DNA from: an uncultured virus (IMG/VR IMGVR_UViG_3300021142_000024)
Lineage: Duplodnaviria; Heunggongvirae; Uroviricota; Caudoviricetes
DNA length: 20,000 nt
Reading direction: 5' to 3' (one strand)
Virus record (IMG/VR): IMGVR_UViG_3300021142_000024
Span: 55,623 to 75,622 of that record
A program made the translations under genes and the position numbers. The notes beneath the pieces were generated by a model. That model did no database searches. It saw only the letters and a program-made list of their open reading frames with translations, and was not told the origin of the DNA. Positions 17,974 through 20,000 of this stretch are shown here, piece after piece (positions within the stretch are counted from its first letter, which is position 1; each line of letters opens with the position of its first letter).

Positions 17974-18459
17974 TTATTTTATATAAATATCCCCTTTAAT
18001 ATCTCCACCTTGTTGAATTATTATATTTTTAATTTCTTCATTAGTGTATTTTTTTGAGATAGGTGTATCTCTTAAATCTAAATACCCTCCTACTTCTAAA
18101 TTATCTGGTAGTGAAGTTATTTTAGTACCACTTAAATCTAAATACCCTCCTACTTCTAAATTATCTGGTAGTGAAGTTATTTTAGTACCACTTAAATCTA
18201 AATTCCCTCCTACTTTTAAATTATCTGGTAGTGAAGTTATAGGGGTACCACTTAAATCTAAATACCCTCCTACTTTTAAATTATCTGGTAGTGAAGTTAT
18301 AGGAGTATCACTTAAATCTAAATCACCTTTAGACCCATCTTTTATATACTGTTGTATTTTCTTTTGAATTGAAATTTTATAATTCTTTTCACGTTCCTCA
18401 GAAGAACGTCTTGGAATTAGTATATTTTCCTCTTTTAAGAAAGAAATTAATTTTATCAT
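17974..18459 (-). CDS. LRR-like repeat protein, copy 1 (4 full 20-aa repeats)
   Basis: Repeat unit LSGT(P/K)ITSLPDNL(K/E)VGGxLD between N- and C-caps. Confidence 0.9.
   Translation of the reverse strand: MIKLISFLKEENILIPRRSSEEREKNYKISIQKKIQQYIKDGSKGDLDLSDTPITSLPDNLKVGGYLDLSGTPITSLPDNLKVGGNLDLSGTKITSLPDNLEVGGYLDLSGTKITSLPDNLEVGGYLDLRDTPISKKYTNEEIKNIIIQQGGDIKGDIYIK
18061..18327. repeat. 60-bp tandem repeat (coding)
   Basis: Unit contains the invariant TAAATTATCTGGTAGTGAAGTTAT. About 4.4 copies. Confidence 0.95.
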
Positions 18460-18463
18460 TATT

Positions 18464-19129
18464 TTATTTTATATAAATAGTCCCTTTAATATCTCCACCT
18501 TGTTGAATTATTATATTTTTAATTTCTTCTTTAGTGTATTTTTTTGAGATAGGTGTATTTCTTAAATTTAAACCCCCTCCTACTTCTAAATTATCTGGTA
18601 GTGAAGTTATTTTAGTGCCACTTAAATCTAAATACCCTCCTACTTCTAAATTATCTGGTAGTGAAGTTATAGGGGTACCACTTAAATCTAAACCCCCTCC
18701 TACTTCTAAATTATCTGGTAGTGAAGTTATTTTAGTACCACTTAAATCTAAATACCCTCCTACTTTTAAATTATCTGGTAGTGAAGTTATAGGCGTATTA
18801 CTTAAATATAAATTCCCTCCTACTTTTAAATTATCTGGTAGTGAAGTTATAGGGGTACCACTTAAACTTAAACCCCCTCCTACTTTTAAATTATCTGGTA
18901 GTGAAGTTATTTTAGTACCACCTAAATATAAATCACCTCCTACTTCTAAATTATCTGGTAGTGAAGTTATAGGTGTATTAGTTAAATATAAATCACCTTT
19001 AGACCCATCTTTTATATACTGTTGTATTTTCTTTTGAATTGAAATTTTATAATTCTTTTCACGTTCTTCTGTGGAACGTCTTGGAATTAGTATGTTTTCC
19101 TCTTTTAAGAAAGAAATTAATTTTATCAT
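18464..19129 (-). CDS. LRR-like repeat protein, copy 2 (7 full 20-aa repeats)
   Basis: Near-identical caps to copy 1 and exactly 60 aa (3 repeats) longer. Confidence 0.9.
   Translation of the reverse strand: MIKLISFLKEENILIPRRSTEEREKNYKISIQKKIQQYIKDGSKGDLYLTNTPITSLPDNLEVGGDLYLGGTKITSLPDNLKVGGGLSLSGTPITSLPDNLKVGGNLYLSNTPITSLPDNLKVGGYLDLSGTKITSLPDNLEVGGGLDLSGTPITSLPDNLEVGGYLDLSGTKITSLPDNLEVGGGLNLRNTPISKKYTKEEIKNIIIQQGGDIKGTIYIK
18551..18997. repeat. 60-bp tandem repeat (coding)
   Basis: Same unit as in copy 1. About 7.4 copies. Confidence 0.95.
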
Positions 19130-19875
19130 TATGATATTCCTATTATATTTGTAAATTTATTTATATCACTACTGCTTATTTGTTTATCTAATCCATCATA
19201 TCCATCAATTTTTCCATTATTTAATATGGCTAAAGCTACTACCTCAAGTTGTTTGTATTTATTAGGAAATGATTTTTTTAATTCAGATATTAATTCTGGT
19301 GATTTTACTCTTATATAATAAAATGTAACATTGTTTTTATAATAATAGTCATTAAAATGATCTGGTGCTTTGTAAGTTGTACACCAAGCAGAATCTTTTC
19401 CTCCTTCACAATCTCTAAATGAAAATTTACTAAGTCCTAATTTTCTAGATGCTTCATGTGTATGTGGTACACATATTAAAAGATTAGAATTATCTACAAT
19501 TGTCTCATAATCATTTTCTAAATCTTTTACAGATGTGCTCTCTCCAGATTGATTTATTTGATCTACTTCTGATTCTAAATCTTTAAAATTTTTAAATTGA
19601 AATATATCTTTAGTTTTAGTTTTTCCTTTATTTAATAGTGTATTAAATTCTTCAACTTTATTTCTAAGATCATCTATATCTGGTTTATCTTTAATAAAGA
19701 CTTTTGCCATCCACCCCACATATTTTTTTTGTGATGTAGGATCTGCTTGAGCTAAAATATCCATATCTTCTTTTGATAATTTACCCTGATCTACTAATTG
19801 CTTTGCTAATTTTAGATTTTCAAATACTAAGTTTTTGTATTTTAGTTTTACTGTATTTTCTCTTAATAATCTCAT
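19129..19875 (-). CDS. conserved large-phage protein of unknown function (DPT..KKY..W / EAS...WCT family)
   Basis: Motifs ADPTSQKKYVGW, DIFQFK, PHTHEASRKLG and AWCTT. Stop overlaps the next start (TAATG). Confidence 0.75.
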   Translation of the reverse strand: MRLLRENTVKLKYKNLVFENLKLAKQLVDQGKLSKEDMDILAQADPTSQKKYVGWMAKVFIKDKPDIDDLRNKVEEFNTLLNKGKTKTKDIFQFKNFKDLESEVDQINQSGESTSVKDLENDYETIVDNSNLLICVPHTHEASRKLGLSKFSFRDCEGGKDSAWCTTYKAPDHFNDYYYKNNVTFYYIRVKSPELISELKKSFPNKYKQLEVVALAILNNGKIDGYDGLDKQISSSDINKFTNIIGIS

Positions 19876-19887
19876 TTTATCATTATT

Positions 19888-20000
19888 TTATTTTATATAA
19901 ATAGTCCCTTTAATATCTCCACCTTGTTGAATTATTATATTTTTAATTTCTTCTTTAGTGTATTTTTTTGAGATAGGTGTATTTCTTAAATTTAAACCCC
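19888..20000 (-). CDS. LRR-like repeat protein, copy 3 (3' end only; starts beyond the window)
   Basis: Encodes ...GLNLRNTPISKKYTKEEIKNIIIQQGGDIKGTIYIK*, with DNA identical to the 3' end of copy 2. Confidence 0.9.
   Translation of the reverse strand, partial: GLNLRNTPISKKYTKEEIKNIIIQQGGDIKGTIYIK

Noticed and set aside
18061..18997. 60-bp repeats as a CRISPR array
   Set aside because: The repeats are contiguous, in frame and protein-coding, with no unique spacers and no cas genes.
18061..18997. DGR-type adenine mutagenesis of the LRR repeats (many variable codons look like AAT derivatives)
   Set aside because: Synonymous third-position adenines (TCA, CTA, CCA, GTA) are invariant, alleles recur as linked blocks, and no reverse transcriptase or template repeat is in the window. 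Gene conversion plus selection fits better, although an RT elsewhere cannot be excluded.
75..19037. All plus-strand ORFs in the track (e.g. 2812-3114, 18044-18367, 18534-19037)
   Set aside because: They are antisense shadows of well-supported minus-strand genes. The long ones arise from stop-free repeats.

Overview
AT-rich, gene-dense segment of a large dsDNA (jumbo-type) bacteriophage genome. All credible genes lie on the minus strand. It carries a replication and nucleotide-metabolism module: SSB, RecA, 5'-3' exonuclease, DnaB-like helicase, class II ribonucleotide reductase, family A DNA polymerase, dUTPase and dCMP deaminase. It also encodes a GroES/GroEL chaperonin pair, two free-standing endonucleases and a tandem array of short LRR-repeat genes. 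Main observations: (1) The 5'-3' exonuclease gene has an in-frame CUU-UAA-CUC (Leu-stop-Leu) inside its conserved first motif, directly after a perfect 12-bp GC-rich hairpin. This is a candidate programmed ribosomal bypass (stop-hop) that would restore DGLNNFLR. (2) nrdJ is split into two genes by a split intein at the catalytic cysteine, with a PD-(D/E)XK endonuclease gene between the halves. (3) The LRR paralogues have near-constant caps but vary in repeat number and surface residues, and an unrelated gene sits among them between 12-bp direct repeats. (4) A TATTTAT motif recurs upstream of genes, and several genes share an MIKLxxxLxE N-terminus. All calls come from manual motif recognition; no database searches were run.
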